Below, in pieces: positions 1-9,925 of a stretch of 64,000 bases of DNA. Position numbers and translations under genes: made by a program. The stretch spans positions 800,001 through 864,000 of the forward strand of contig CBDBDR010000017.1 of the NCBI GenBank assembly GCA_965203965.1, in the 5' to 3' direction. Every line of letters begins with the position of its first letter. Within the stretch, counting starts at the first letter, position 1. Origin of the DNA: Thermodesulfobacteriota bacterium (GTDB taxonomy: Bacteria > Desulfobacterota_D > UBA1144 > Nemesobacterales > JAJCZQ01). The notes beneath the pieces are model-generated. The model was not told the DNA's origin, ran no database searches, and saw nothing but the letters and a program-made list of their open reading frames with translations.

Positions 1-1
1 T

Positions 2-997
2 CAAATAGAGAGAAATTACACAAGGAGTCTATTTGACAAACTGTTCAGGTGGTTCATTTTCAAACTGTTTCCTTATCAGAACCGTCTCAGCCTGATTTTA
101 CCGTTGCTTTACCTTTATAATAAGAGCGGACTTCGCAGACTGGTCGCTTTTACAGGGGTAATGAAACAGATATCAAAGGACCTTCATAGAATGGAACAGA
201 TAATCCCCTCACCCGACACCATAAAGACTATAAAGTATCCTGAGGTAATACCATCAAGAAATGAAACAAAACATAGGGTGGCTTTTCTGACCGGATGTGT
301 TCAGAACGCATTTTTTTCAAAAACGAACATATCAACTATCGAGGTGCTAACAAAACTTGAGTGCGAGGTTGTCGTCCCTCGTCACCAGACTTGCTGCGGT
401 GCTTTATCTAATCATTCTGGAAGACTTGAAGAAGGCAGAGAGTTTGCGCGTAATGTAATTGATACATTTACCGAGTTAGATGTTGATCATGTTATTGTCA
501 ATTCAGCAGGATGTGGATCAAATATTAAGGAATACGGCAAACTGCTCGCCAATGATGATAAATACTCATTGAAGGCAAAAAAACTAGGAGAAAAGACCCG
601 GGATATAATGGAATTTATAGACGATATAGGAATAAATGGAAAATTAAGAGAGTTGAACTTAAAAGTAACTTATCAGGACGCCTGCCACATTGCACATGGG
701 CAATCTATAAGAAGTGCTCCAAGAAACGTGCTTCTTAGCATCCCCGGACTACGTTTAATAGAAATGAACGAATCAGATCACTGCTGTGGCAGCGCAGGAA
801 TATATAATCTCGTTGAATCGGAAATGGCTGAAAAAATTCTTCACAGAAAAATCTCAAATATTAAAAAGACCAGTGCTGATGTAATAGCTGCTGGAAATCC
901 CGGTTGCTTGATACAAATCCAAAAAGGTATAAGGGAAAACAATCTGAAAATTGATACCAAACACCCGATAGAACTGTTAAACAAAGCATTATACTAA
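2..997 (+). CDS. glcF: Glycolate oxidase iron-sulfur subunit GlcF-like protein (5'-truncated by window edge)
   Basis: Frame is open from base 2 (QIERNYTRS...). Two CCG cysteine-rich domains (GC..., TCCGAL, SAGCG; YQDACH, CCGSAGIYN, NPGCLIQI). Confidence 0.8.
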   Translation, partial: QIERNYTRSLFDKLFRWFIFKLFPYQNRLSLILPLLYLYNKSGLRRLVAFTGVMKQISKDLHRMEQIIPSPDTIKTIKYPEVIPSRNETKHRVAFLTGCVQNAFFSKTNISTIEVLTKLECEVVVPRHQTCCGALSNHSGRLEEGREFARNVIDTFTELDVDHVIVNSAGCGSNIKEYGKLLANDDKYSLKAKKLGEKTRDIMEFIDDIGINGKLRELNLKVTYQDACHIAHGQSIRSAPRNVLLSIPGLRLIEMNESDHCCGSAGIYNLVESEMAEKILHRKISNIKKTSADVIAAGNPGCLIQIQKGIRENNLKIDTKHPIELLNKALY

Positions 998-1071
998 AAT
1001 CGGGATACAAGCAACAGTAACCCCAAATTAAGTTTCAATAAAATAAATTATTAAAGCAAAAGGGTTACAAT

Positions 1072-1344
1072 CTACAATACTGAATCTTTAGCAGCTTTAG
1101 CAACTCTGAACTTTACAACCTTCTTGGCCGGGATATGAATGGGTTCTCCAGTAGAGGGGTTGCGTCCAGTGCGAGCTTTACGATCGTCCAAGACTAATTT
1201 ACCTAAACCGGGTATTGTAAATTGACCTTTGCTTTTAGTCTCCCTACAAGCAACCTGAACTAATTCGTCAATAATCTCTCCAGCTGTTTTCTTGGTAATG
1301 CCAGCTTGCCCTGCAATATGAGAACTGAGTTCTGACTTTGTCAT
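1072..1344 (-). CDS. hup: HU family DNA-binding protein
   Basis: 90 aa; MTKSEL start, ARTGRNPSTGEPIHIPAKKVVKFR signature; SD AAGGAGG upstream. Confidence 0.93.
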   Translation of the reverse strand: MTKSELSSHIAGQAGITKKTAGEIIDELVQVACRETKSKGQFTIPGLGKLVLDDRKARTGRNPSTGEPIHIPAKKVVKFRVAKAAKDSVL

Positions 1345-1376
1345 TGGTTTTGCATCCTCCTTTAATCTCTGACTGG

Positions 1377-1408
1377 GATACTCTATAAGAGTATCAACAT
1401 AAAGTCAA
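1377..1408 (-). promoter_or_regulatory. Sigma70-like promoter of hup with overlapping 8-3-8 palindrome
   Basis: Minus strand TTGACT (1408-1403), 17 nt, TAGAGT (1385-1380). Perfect inverted repeat GATACTCT-ata-AGAGTATC at 1377-1395. Confidence 0.5.
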
Positions 1409-1524
1409 CTTTGATTTGAGTATAAATAATGTCAAAATCTATGCTATCATTTCTCAACCAATATATCAATAATTTCAGCTAAACTATATAGACAACTTAA
1501 CCACAAAGAGGTTTAGTATTCAAT

Positions 1525-2646
1525 ATGGCTAAAACTACAAAGAGGCAGTGGTTTACCTTTTCATTCATAGTAGGGATCTTTTTAATATTGCTGTTCGGAC
1601 TCTATTTAAGGTTAAGTTCCGTTCGTTCGCAAGCAATCAAAAACATCCCAACAACAATACCAAAACCTGTAAAAATCATCTCTCCCATTGCTTCGGATAA
1701 CTGGTTGTATCGTGAATTGATAGGACGTGTTGAAGGAGGGCAGACCGTTAACGTTCATGCCAACGTTAGTGGCTGGGTGAACCAAATACACTTCAAAAGA
1801 GATGATGGTGTCAGAAAAGGTGAAGTCATATTAGAGCTTGCCGATGAAAGAAAAAACGTTGCACTTCAGGAGGCAAAGTTCAGATTGGAAGCCTCAAAAA
1901 CAAAACTAAAAGAGACGGAGAGGAGATATGCGCAAAACCAAACTCTGTTTAAAAAAGGGATAATTTCCAAAGACAGCCTTGACTCCAGTAAAAACCAACT
2001 TGAAATTGAAAAAGCAAACACGAAAGTCCTTGAAGCCTCATACAAAAGAGTGAAATGGAACTTTGATAACCTGAAAATAAGAGCAGCAATTGACGGGAAT
2101 GTAATTGACATTATCCCTGACGTTGGTCAGGAAGTATTTGAAGGCAATCTGGTTGCAAAGGTTGTTAATTTAAGTGGTAAAAGGTTAATAGCTGGAGCTG
2201 ATGCGGAAATTGCGAGACTTGTAAAAACCGGGGATGTAGTTGACTTGCTTTCAAACTCACAGAGACACAGTGAAAATAGAAAAGGGGAAATTGTAGGTGT
2301 CAGCAGAAGTTCGAACAATAGAGGAACCTATGAAATAGAGGTAAAAATTTTGTCGAACGGCGTTAGCTGGTGGCCTGGAGAAATAGTAATAATAAAAATC
2401 CCAACAAAGAGAATTAGTAACGTGGTAAGAATACCACGTAATGCTTTTCTGTTCGGCAGATCAAACGAAATTTTTATATTCGTATCTAAAAACGGCAAGA
2501 GCCTAAAAATACCAATAGAGGTAACGTGGCTAGATGATAAAACAGGACTTGTTCCCGTTGAGATGCTTCCCCATGACTGTCAAATAATCATTGAAGGCGG
2601 ATCAGGATTGAGCAACGGTCAGGAGATAAAAGTAATTACGGAATAA
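1525..2646 (+). CDS. RND efflux periplasmic adaptor (membrane fusion protein)
   Basis: N-terminal TM helix, lipoyl-like halves (VSGWV...GEVI; IRAAIDGNV), coiled-coil hairpin; 5 bp upstream of an RND permease. Confidence 0.88.
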   Translation: MAKTTKRQWFTFSFIVGIFLILLFGLYLRLSSVRSQAIKNIPTTIPKPVKIISPIASDNWLYRELIGRVEGGQTVNVHANVSGWVNQIHFKRDDGVRKGEVILELADERKNVALQEAKFRLEASKTKLKETERRYAQNQTLFKKGIISKDSLDSSKNQLEIEKANTKVLEASYKRVKWNFDNLKIRAAIDGNVIDIIPDVGQEVFEGNLVAKVVNLSGKRLIAGADAEIARLVKTGDVVDLLSNSQRHSENRKGEIVGVSRSSNNRGTYEIEVKILSNGVSWWPGEIVIIKIPTKRISNVVRIPRNAFLFGRSNEIFIFVSKNGKSLKIPIEVTWLDDKTGLVPVEMLPHDCQIIIEGGSGLSNGQEIKVITE

Positions 2647-2651
2647 TATTT

Positions 2652-5600
2652 ATGCATATAGCTGATCTTTCAGTTAGAAATTCCGTTTTCGTCAACCTAT
2701 TGATGGTAGCAATAGTAATCATCGGATTGGCATTTGCCCTTGTTACCCCCCTTGAGCTTTTTCCCTCAATAGAGACTGAAATCATAAGGGTGCAAACTTC
2801 GTTTCCCGGATCATCTGCTGAAGATATTGAAAACCTTGTAACTATTCCAATTGAAGAGGAAGTAAAAAATATCTCAGAAATTAAAGTTTTACGATCCACT
2901 TCCTCCGAGGGGCTGTCCATTATTACAGCAGAGATAGAATCGGGAGAAGATATGTTGCGGGTTGCTCAGGATATTGATTCCAAAATATCAAGTATAAAGG
3001 ACAAACTCCCTGAAGGTGCTGAAAATCCTGTTGTTGAAAATTCAAGGTCTACCTTTCCCCTGCTAAATGTTGCTATCGCTGGAGATGTGCCCAGACAAAT
3101 GCTCAGGAGTCACGCCGTTAGGCTCAAAGATGAGTTGCAGCTCATCGAAGGTGTGGACAGCATCATTCTTTCGGGAATTGGCAATCTAATATTTTGGATT
3201 AATTTGGATTACCAAAAAGTCCATCAATACAAAATTAGTATTGACCAAATATCAAATGCAATTATTAAAAAAAATCTAGACCTTCCCGGGGGTGGGTACA
3301 TTCAGGACACAACGGAACTCCTTGTAAGAACCAGAGGAAAAGTTTATAACATAGACGACATATTGAATATTCCAATCATCCGAGACCCGAATGGGAAACA
3401 TGTGCTTATCAGAGACGTTGCCACAGTAAAGGTCGGCGAAGAAAAAGCCAAAACAAGTTCAAGGGTCAACGGCAAGCCGTCAATTACTTTTTGGATAAAT
3501 AAGCAAAAAAACATAGACGCAATTGATACCGTCAAAAAAATAAGACAATTTATCTCGGAGTTTCAAAGTACACTTCCTAGTTCAGTAACCGTTTATACCA
3601 CCAATGACAGCTCCATTTTGGTAAAAAACAGATTGAAGAGCCTGTTAAAAAGCGGTGGATTGGGACTGTTTTCCATATTGCTACTGCTCGGATTCTTTCT
3701 GGGTAGAAGGGCTGCTATAATTGCCGCTCTCGGAATTCCTGTGTCGTTTTTCGGCGCATTCATCCTGATGCAAACGAGCGGTATAACAATTAACATGCTT
3801 TCAATGTTTGGATTGATAATGGTGCTCGGAATATTAGTAGATGATGCAGTTATAGTTGTAGAAAATGTTCAGAGATATGTAAATCAAGGTATCCATCCAC
3901 GTGATGCTGCCATACGTGCTACAAAGGAAGTGGCACTGCCAGTAATAGCAACGGTGCTTACAAATATCGCGGCGTTTTTACCTTTGTTGCTCGCAACCGG
4001 TTTAATAGGACAGTTTTTGTCTGTTATTCCAAAAGTGGCAATTTTTGCCTTACTCATTTCACTGATTGAAGCACTATTGATAATGCCTTCACACTGTGCA
4101 GATTGGTTAAATCCGGAAGTAAAAAAAAATAACAACAAACGCAGATGGTTTTTAAAAGCAAGAACAATCTACTTAAACGGTCTGTATTTTGCACTTAGAT
4201 ACAGGTACGTGGTAGTTGGCACTTTCACCGCCATTTTATTTCTGAGTTTTTTTATAATCGCCAAAATTCCAAACGTAATGTTTTATGCGCATGACATAAA
4301 TGAATTCCAGATAAGAGTGGAAAATCCTTCTCAATCCAGTCTGGACTACACAAAAAACTCGGTAGCTAAAATTGAGGAAACAATTGAAAAAGTTATACCA
4401 GAGCATGCTTTGAAAAATACGGTTTCAATGATAGGAATTGATCTTACCGAAGGTGACACCCTATACTTCGGTGATCACTTGGCAAGCATCTTAGTTGAGT
4501 ATAAAGATTTTGAAAGCAGAAAAGAAAACGGTCTGGAGTTGAAAAACCTTCTGCGGGACAAAGTGGAAGCTACAGTTGTAGGACCCGAAAAATTGAATTT
4601 TATTCATAATGTGGGACCTCCAACTGGTAAGCCAGTTAAAATCCGTATATTGGGCAATGATTTTTCCACTCTCAAGCAAATTTCACAAACGATACAGGAA
4701 GAATTGGATAAATACGGAGGTGTTTATGGTATAACTGATGACCTTGCTCAGGGAAAATCAGAGATCAGGATCAATGTTGACGAAAGAAAAGCTGCTATAT
4801 TCGGACTGGATACACGCACTATTGCCAGAGAAATAAGAGCACTTGTTGATGGACTTACCGTTGCACAAACAAGAATTGGGAAAGAGGAAACCGATATTAA
4901 TATTAAATATGATATTCCATCGGAAAACGTTCTCAACCTGCTCCAATCACATCAAATACTGACCCCTGATAAAGACCAAGTGGCTCTGGGAACAATCGCC
5001 AACATTGAAATAGAACCCGGAATTTTAGACATTAAGAGATTTGACTTTAACCGCGCTGTTTCAATAACGGCCGAAGTTGACCAGAAAGTTACAACTTCAC
5101 GGGAGGTAAATTCAAATATATCAACCTACATAAAAAACCTACTGAAAAGCTATCCGGGTTATGGATATAAACTTGCTGGAGAAGCAGAAGACTATCAGAG
5201 GACCGTGGAAGATATGATAAAAGCCTCAATAGTTGCAATAATTTTGATCTATCTAATTATGGCAACTATTTTAAGGTCATATCTCCAGCCTTTTATCATA
5301 ATGAGTGTATTACCGTTCACTCTTGTGGGTTTAACCACCGGAATACTTTTAAGAGGAGAGCCTATAACTCTGCCCGCGATTATCGGACTTATTGCACTGC
5401 TTGGAATAGTTGTAAATGACAGCCTTGTTCTTATAGACTTTACAAATAAGAGAAAAGACAGGTTCAAAAATACGATACTTGCCGTTGTAATGTCTGCAAA
5501 ACACAGGTTCAGACCTATAATCTTAACAACTCTAACAACATTCTCGGGACTCTCAACGCTAATGTTCGCATACAGAGGAGAAGCCGCCTTCCTTGCTCCA

Positions 5601-5753
5601 ATGGCAACGGCACTGGGTTTCGGGCTGCTTTTCTCAACGATAATTTTACTCTACTTAATTCCCTGTCTCTACATGATTTTGGATGATCTGGTAAATTGGA
5701 CAAAGTGGAAAGCGAAACGAGGGTCGGCCATTTCTGTGCAAAGTGGAACTTAA
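2652..5753 (+). CDS. RND efflux permease (AcrB/AcrD/AcrF family)
   Basis: 1033 aa; GILVDDAVIVVEN, GIVVNDSLVL and RFRPIILTTLTT motifs; two large periplasmic loops. Confidence 0.93.
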   Translation: MHIADLSVRNSVFVNLLMVAIVIIGLAFALVTPLELFPSIETEIIRVQTSFPGSSAEDIENLVTIPIEEEVKNISEIKVLRSTSSEGLSIITAEIESGEDMLRVAQDIDSKISSIKDKLPEGAENPVVENSRSTFPLLNVAIAGDVPRQMLRSHAVRLKDELQLIEGVDSIILSGIGNLIFWINLDYQKVHQYKISIDQISNAIIKKNLDLPGGGYIQDTTELLVRTRGKVYNIDDILNIPIIRDPNGKHVLIRDVATVKVGEEKAKTSSRVNGKPSITFWINKQKNIDAIDTVKKIRQFISEFQSTLPSSVTVYTTNDSSILVKNRLKSLLKSGGLGLFSILLLLGFFLGRRAAIIAALGIPVSFFGAFILMQTSGITINMLSMFGLIMVLGILVDDAVIVVENVQRYVNQGIHPRDAAIRATKEVALPVIATVLTNIAAFLPLLLATGLIGQFLSVIPKVAIFALLISLIEALLIMPSHCADWLNPEVKKNNNKRRWFLKARTIYLNGLYFALRYRYVVVGTFTAILFLSFFIIAKIPNVMFYAHDINEFQIRVENPSQSSLDYTKNSVAKIEETIEKVIPEHALKNTVSMIGIDLTEGDTLYFGDHLASILVEYKDFESRKENGLELKNLLRDKVEATVVGPEKLNFIHNVGPPTGKPVKIRILGNDFSTLKQISQTIQEELDKYGGVYGITDDLAQGKSEIRINVDERKAAIFGLDTRTIAREIRALVDGLTVAQTRIGKEETDINIKYDIPSENVLNLLQSHQILTPDKDQVALGTIANIEIEPGILDIKRFDFNRAVSITAEVDQKVTTSREVNSNISTYIKNLLKSYPGYGYKLAGEAEDYQRTVEDMIKASIVAIILIYLIMATILRSYLQPFIIMSVLPFTLVGLTTGILLRGEPITLPAIIGLIALLGIVVNDSLVLIDFTNKRKDRFKNTILAVVMSAKHRFRPIILTTLTTFSGLSTLMFAYRGEAAFLAPMATALGFGLLFSTIILLYLIPCLYMILDDLVNWTKWKAKRGSAISVQSGT

Positions 5754-5812
5754 TAACAATTCTCAGATGAACCTGTTTTTATAATAAATAACCAAGCTAC
5801 AATTATTAAAAA

Positions 5813-6952
5813 CTAATTCCTCAACTCCCTGCAACCCCTGATAATTATCTCTATCGCTGCGTCAATTTCTCCAACTGTATTTTCCTCACTGAAGCTGAAC
5901 CTGATACTTGAATACACGTCTTTTTCACTCATACCCATAGCTCGCAGAACATAAGACGGTGCGCTGTCCATGTTCGTACAGGCTGAACTCTGTGAACACC
6001 TGACACCTTCTCTATCCAGATATTTAACCAACTCTCTGCCATCAACACCGCCAAACATAACATTAGAAGTATTACAAATTCTATTTTGCCCGGCACCATT
6101 AATTTTTATTCCTTCAATTCTTTCTGACAACGCATATTCAAAAGTATTTCTTAACTCGCTCATGTATCTGATTGTTTCATCTATATTTTTGCTTCTCAAC
6201 TCGCAAGCCTTTCCCATACCCACAATTCCCGGAAGGTTCTCCGTTCCGGGTCTGAACCCCTCTTCTTGAAAACCTCCAAATAACAAGGGGTGAATAGTTA
6301 TTTTTTCCTTAACGTATATTGCCCCAATGCCCTGCGGTGCATGAAACTTGTGACCTGCAAGTGTCAGGTAATCAACATCAATGTCTTTCACACTGAACTT
6401 TATTTTGCCGACTGATTGAGCAGCATCTGTATGAAAAGGAACTTCCTGTTCAGCGCATATATCTATTATCTCATCTATGTTTTGCATGATACCGGTTTCA
6501 TTGTTGACCCACTGCACTGAAACAAGGTCTACGGGTGCTCTTGCAAGCAATCTTTTCAGATCATTAACATCAACCATGCCATCCCCGTTAATTTTTATGT
6601 ATTCAATCTCAACATCGTTTATGGTAAGAAAATCGCACATTTTAAGTATTGAGGAATGCTCCACACTAGTGGTTAAAATCCTTGCACTGTTTTTTGAACC
6701 GATTGAGCAGGAATAAAAAACCAGATTGTTCGCCTCCGTTCCGGAGCTTGTAAAGAGTATATTATCACAGTTACACCCTAAAAGATCAGCAAGTAATCGG
6801 CGGGATTCTAACAGGTGGCCTCTTGCCCTTTTACCTGCCGAGTGAATACTTGAAGGATTGCCAAACTCCTCACCCATGGTCTTCATTACCTCTTCTCTTA
6901 CCGGCTGAAGAGGACGTGTTGTGGCATTGTTATCAAAATATATTTCCTTCAT
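5813..6952 (-). CDS. Cysteine desulfurase (NifS/IscS group I), copy 1
   Basis: YFDNNATT, GNPSS, NNETG, HTDAAQ, PLP-lysine GHKFH, RPGTEN, catalytic SQSSAC loop. Confidence 0.9.
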   Translation of the reverse strand: MKEIYFDNNATTRPLQPVREEVMKTMGEEFGNPSSIHSAGKRARGHLLESRRLLADLLGCNCDNILFTSSGTEANNLVFYSCSIGSKNSARILTTSVEHSSILKMCDFLTINDVEIEYIKINGDGMVDVNDLKRLLARAPVDLVSVQWVNNETGIMQNIDEIIDICAEQEVPFHTDAAQSVGKIKFSVKDIDVDYLTLAGHKFHAPQGIGAIYVKEKITIHPLLFGGFQEEGFRPGTENLPGIVGMGKACELRSKNIDETIRYMSELRNTFEYALSERIEGIKINGAGQNRICNTSNVMFGGVDGRELVKYLDREGVRCSQSSACTNMDSAPSYVLRAMGMSEKDVYSSIRFSFSEENTVGEIDAAIEIIIRGCRELRN

Positions 6953-6966
6953 TGTCTCTTAAATTA

Positions 6967-7407
6967 TTAATTGTGGCTATTTTTTGGATCTCTCCCACCA
7001 GAACGATTGGTATCTGTTGCTTGTTCATTGACCAACTCTTCCCTGAGAAGCAAAGTTATGCAGGGTGTGTTTTGGATTGGACTAACTGCCCCAAGATAGG
7101 AAAGTATTTCTACATTACGCGTTTTCCCCTCTCTGGTCAAATCCACGTTAAAAATCAGCAAGTTAGACCTGCTGATTTGCCTGTGTATTCTAATTGAATA
7201 GACTAGCTTTTGAAGTATCAGTTGTATCCGGTTTCGGTCTGTTTCTCCTTTTTGAAGCGAGCGACCATCGGGGGTTATCCACTCATTCCAGACCCCTGAC
7301 GTGGTAAAAACCGGAAAAGGAAGCCCTATTTTCTTTGCATTTTCCGTTACATCATGCTGTATCCCATCATCAAGATCTGATTCCCTATTGATTATAAAGT
7401 TCTGCAT
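6967..7407 (-). CDS. Hypothetical protein, resembles DUF6573 family
   Basis: 146 aa; pattern DDG...DVTENAKKIGLPFPVFTTSGVW...PCITLLLREE recalls DUF6573 (from memory, not searched). Ends 14 bp before the desulfurase start. Confidence 0.5.
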   Translation of the reverse strand: MQNFIINRESDLDDGIQHDVTENAKKIGLPFPVFTTSGVWNEWITPDGRSLQKGETDRNRIQLILQKLVYSIRIHRQISRSNLLIFNVDLTREGKTRNVEILSYLGAVSPIQNTPCITLLLREELVNEQATDTNRSGGRDPKNSHN

Positions 7408-7490
7408 TCTTTTAAAAGTTTAGCATTTTATGTTTTAAATTCATAAATTGCCTTTATAATTTCCGTTTTATAACAGGTGCAAACTACATA

Positions 7491-8276
7491 ATGCCTTCCA
7501 CCAAACATAATTCAGTTCATATCACTGCGATAAATGATTTCCCCAATGAGATCAAACCCGGAGATGATCTGCCGAGGATCATAGCAAATTGCATATTAAA
7601 AAATAATTTTGAGATCAAGAATGACGACATAATACTGGTGGCACAAAAGGTAGTATCAAAGGCGGAAAATCGCATAGTTGACCTTGGAAAAATAAATCCA
7701 TCGGATTTTGCTATAACAGTGGCAGAAGAGGTATCAAAAGATCCAAGACTGGTGGAGGTAATTCTTTTGGAAACCCGCAAAATAATCCGTATGGACCTGA
7801 GAAAAAAAAACAAGGGTAGATTAATAACGGAATGCAGGAATGGACTGATATTGGCAAACGCTGGGGTTGATACGTCAAACGTGCCGGGGGGTAATCATGT
7901 AACTCTGCTACCATTAGATCCGGACGGATCAGCAGAAAAAATAAAAGATTATCTTGAAAAAGAATTCAGAAAGAAAATAGCAGTAATTATCACTGACACC
8001 GCGGGAAGACCATGGAGAGATGGGCTTGTTGACATTGCTATCGGATGTTCTGGAATAAAAGCATTGGACGATAAAAGGGGCATTAAAGACTCCTGCGGTT
8101 TCACACTTAACGCCACCGTAATGGCTACAGCGGACCAAGCAGCTGCTTCCGCCGGACTGTTAATGGAAAAAAACAGCCGAACACCTCTGGTTATCATCAG
8201 GGGATTAAAATACGGAAGAAATAAAAAAGGCTCAAAAAACCTGATTAGAAACCCAAAGGAAGACCTGTTCAGATAA
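7491..8276 (+). CDS. cofE: Coenzyme F420-0:L-glutamate ligase
   Basis: IKPGDDL, AQKVVSKAENR, ANAGVDTSNV, LLPLDPDGSA, ITDTAGRPWRDG, ADQAAASAGLLM: CofE-family motifs. Confidence 0.88.
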   Translation: MPSTKHNSVHITAINDFPNEIKPGDDLPRIIANCILKNNFEIKNDDIILVAQKVVSKAENRIVDLGKINPSDFAITVAEEVSKDPRLVEVILLETRKIIRMDLRKKNKGRLITECRNGLILANAGVDTSNVPGGNHVTLLPLDPDGSAEKIKDYLEKEFRKKIAVIITDTAGRPWRDGLVDIAIGCSGIKALDDKRGIKDSCGFTLNATVMATADQAAASAGLLMEKNSRTPLVIIRGLKYGRNKKGSKNLIRNPKEDLFR

Positions 8277-8299
8277 TGAAACTTCGGTTTGATAAAGAC

Positions 8300-9172
8300 T
8301 CATAACTGCACGCCGTCAAAATATATAAGAAACGTGGTAACAATGACCCAGAGAACGACACAGGCCAGCATCCAGTTATCTTTTAATAATACATCAGTCG
8401 GATCCCCTTTTGATTTTACGTTGACCAGATAGAGGTATCTTAACACGCCAAAACAGACAAAAGGCATGGTAAACACAATCCAATCCAACCCTTTGTCCAT
8501 TAGATAAAACGAATATGTTATAAGTGATGCCGCGGAAAATACAATCACACCGCTGTTCAAAAATGAATCATTATAATTATTAAGAACCTTTCGAAAATTT
8601 AATCCCTCATCAAGAAGTTTCAATTCGGTTTTTCTTTTACCGAACACCAGAAGCAGAGACAGAAAAAAAGTCAACAGAATTAGCCAACCTGAAACTGAAG
8701 TTCCACTACCAACGCCACCCGCTAATATCCTGAATAAAAATCCGCTGGACACACATAAAAGTTCTATTATAACAAGGTCTTTCAGAAATGAGGTGTAAGA
8801 CAAGACAATTACAAGATAGAGGTTAAGAATCAGCACAAATGGTAAATTAATTTTGAGTCCGGTAAACATTCCCAGACATAAAAGCAAAACAGCAACAATG
8901 GCCGCGGTAGCAGGTTTAATTCTGCGGTTTGCAATGGGTCTATTTTTCTTGACGAAATGCTTCCTGTCAGATTCGCTGTCAACAATATCGTTAAATATGT
9001 ATCCAGTCGAAGATATGAAAGAAAATGAGAAAAAAGCAAGCACAACCGTAACAAAATTGTCCGTGCTATCAAATAATGTTCCGCTAAAGAAAGATGGCGC
9101 AATAACTAAACAGTTTTTCATCCAGTGATTCAGACGTATTAGTAAAATATAGTCCCTGACAACGGATATCAT
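8300..9172 (-). CDS. UbiA-family prenyltransferase (decaprenyl-phosphate phosphoribosyltransferase-like)
   Basis: RLNHWMKN, NDIVD..SDRKH..KKNRPIA, GKRKTE, GDPT motifs; multiple TM helices. Confidence 0.85.
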   Translation of the reverse strand: MISVVRDYILLIRLNHWMKNCLVIAPSFFSGTLFDSTDNFVTVVLAFFSFSFISSTGYIFNDIVDSESDRKHFVKKNRPIANRRIKPATAAIVAVLLLCLGMFTGLKINLPFVLILNLYLVIVLSYTSFLKDLVIIELLCVSSGFLFRILAGGVGSGTSVSGWLILLTFFLSLLLVFGKRKTELKLLDEGLNFRKVLNNYNDSFLNSGVIVFSAASLITYSFYLMDKGLDWIVFTMPFVCFGVLRYLYLVNVKSKGDPTDVLLKDNWMLACVVLWVIVTTFLIYFDGVQL

Positions 9173-9232
9173 GCCAGCACCATTCTATAACCTCTTAGTT
9201 TTATTTCAATTGACGTGTATGTTTCTAAAATA

Positions 9233-9919
9233 ATGACAGATGGGACTGAGAATGATTTTCTGGTAATATCGCACCGCGGTGCCAGTGAATATGAACCAGA
9301 AAATACTATCACATCATTTAGAAGAGCTATGGATCTTGGCACGCAGATGATTGAATTTGATGTTCGCCTGAGCTTGGACGGAGAGCTTGTCGTTATCCAT
9401 GACAAAACGTTAAACAGAACAACAAATGGGAAAGGAGACGTGGGAGATAAAACTCTCGGGGAATTAAAAGAACTGGAAGCAGGCAACGGGGAAAAAATAC
9501 CAACAGCGGAAGAGGTAATATCGGAATTCGCTGGCAAAACCAAATTTGTAATAGAGCTTAAAGAATATGAAGCAGAAGATAAAATCCTGAATGTCATTCA
9601 CAAATACAATGTTATGAACGATGTCTTTGTTGTTTCATTTCACAAAAGAATATTAAAAAGAATCAAGTACATTGAGCCGGAGATTAACACCGGATTGATA
9701 AAATTCTATCCTTCAAACATATATGAAGACTGCAAATTTTGTAATGTGGGCATAGTCGCAGTTTTCCGGTCTTTTATAAACCGTAGTTTGGCACAGAAAG
9801 TGCAGAACAGGAAACTGGACTTGTTCGCATGGACAGTTAATCAAAAAAGGCTCGCGCTGAAGATGAAAAACCTTGGTGTAAAAGGCATTATTACAAATAA
9901 GCCTGACCTGCTCGTATAA
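9233..9919 (+). CDS. Glycerophosphodiester phosphodiesterase
   Basis: SHRGAS, PENT, EFDV, HD..LNRTTNG, WTVN, GIITNKPD. ATG 9233 preferred over GTG 9215. Confidence 0.88.
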   Translation: MTDGTENDFLVISHRGASEYEPENTITSFRRAMDLGTQMIEFDVRLSLDGELVVIHDKTLNRTTNGKGDVGDKTLGELKELEAGNGEKIPTAEEVISEFAGKTKFVIELKEYEAEDKILNVIHKYNVMNDVFVVSFHKRILKRIKYIEPEINTGLIKFYPSNIYEDCKFCNVGIVAVFRSFINRSLAQKVQNRKLDLFAWTVNQKRLALKMKNLGVKGIITNKPDLLV

Positions 9920-9925
9920 TCCCAA

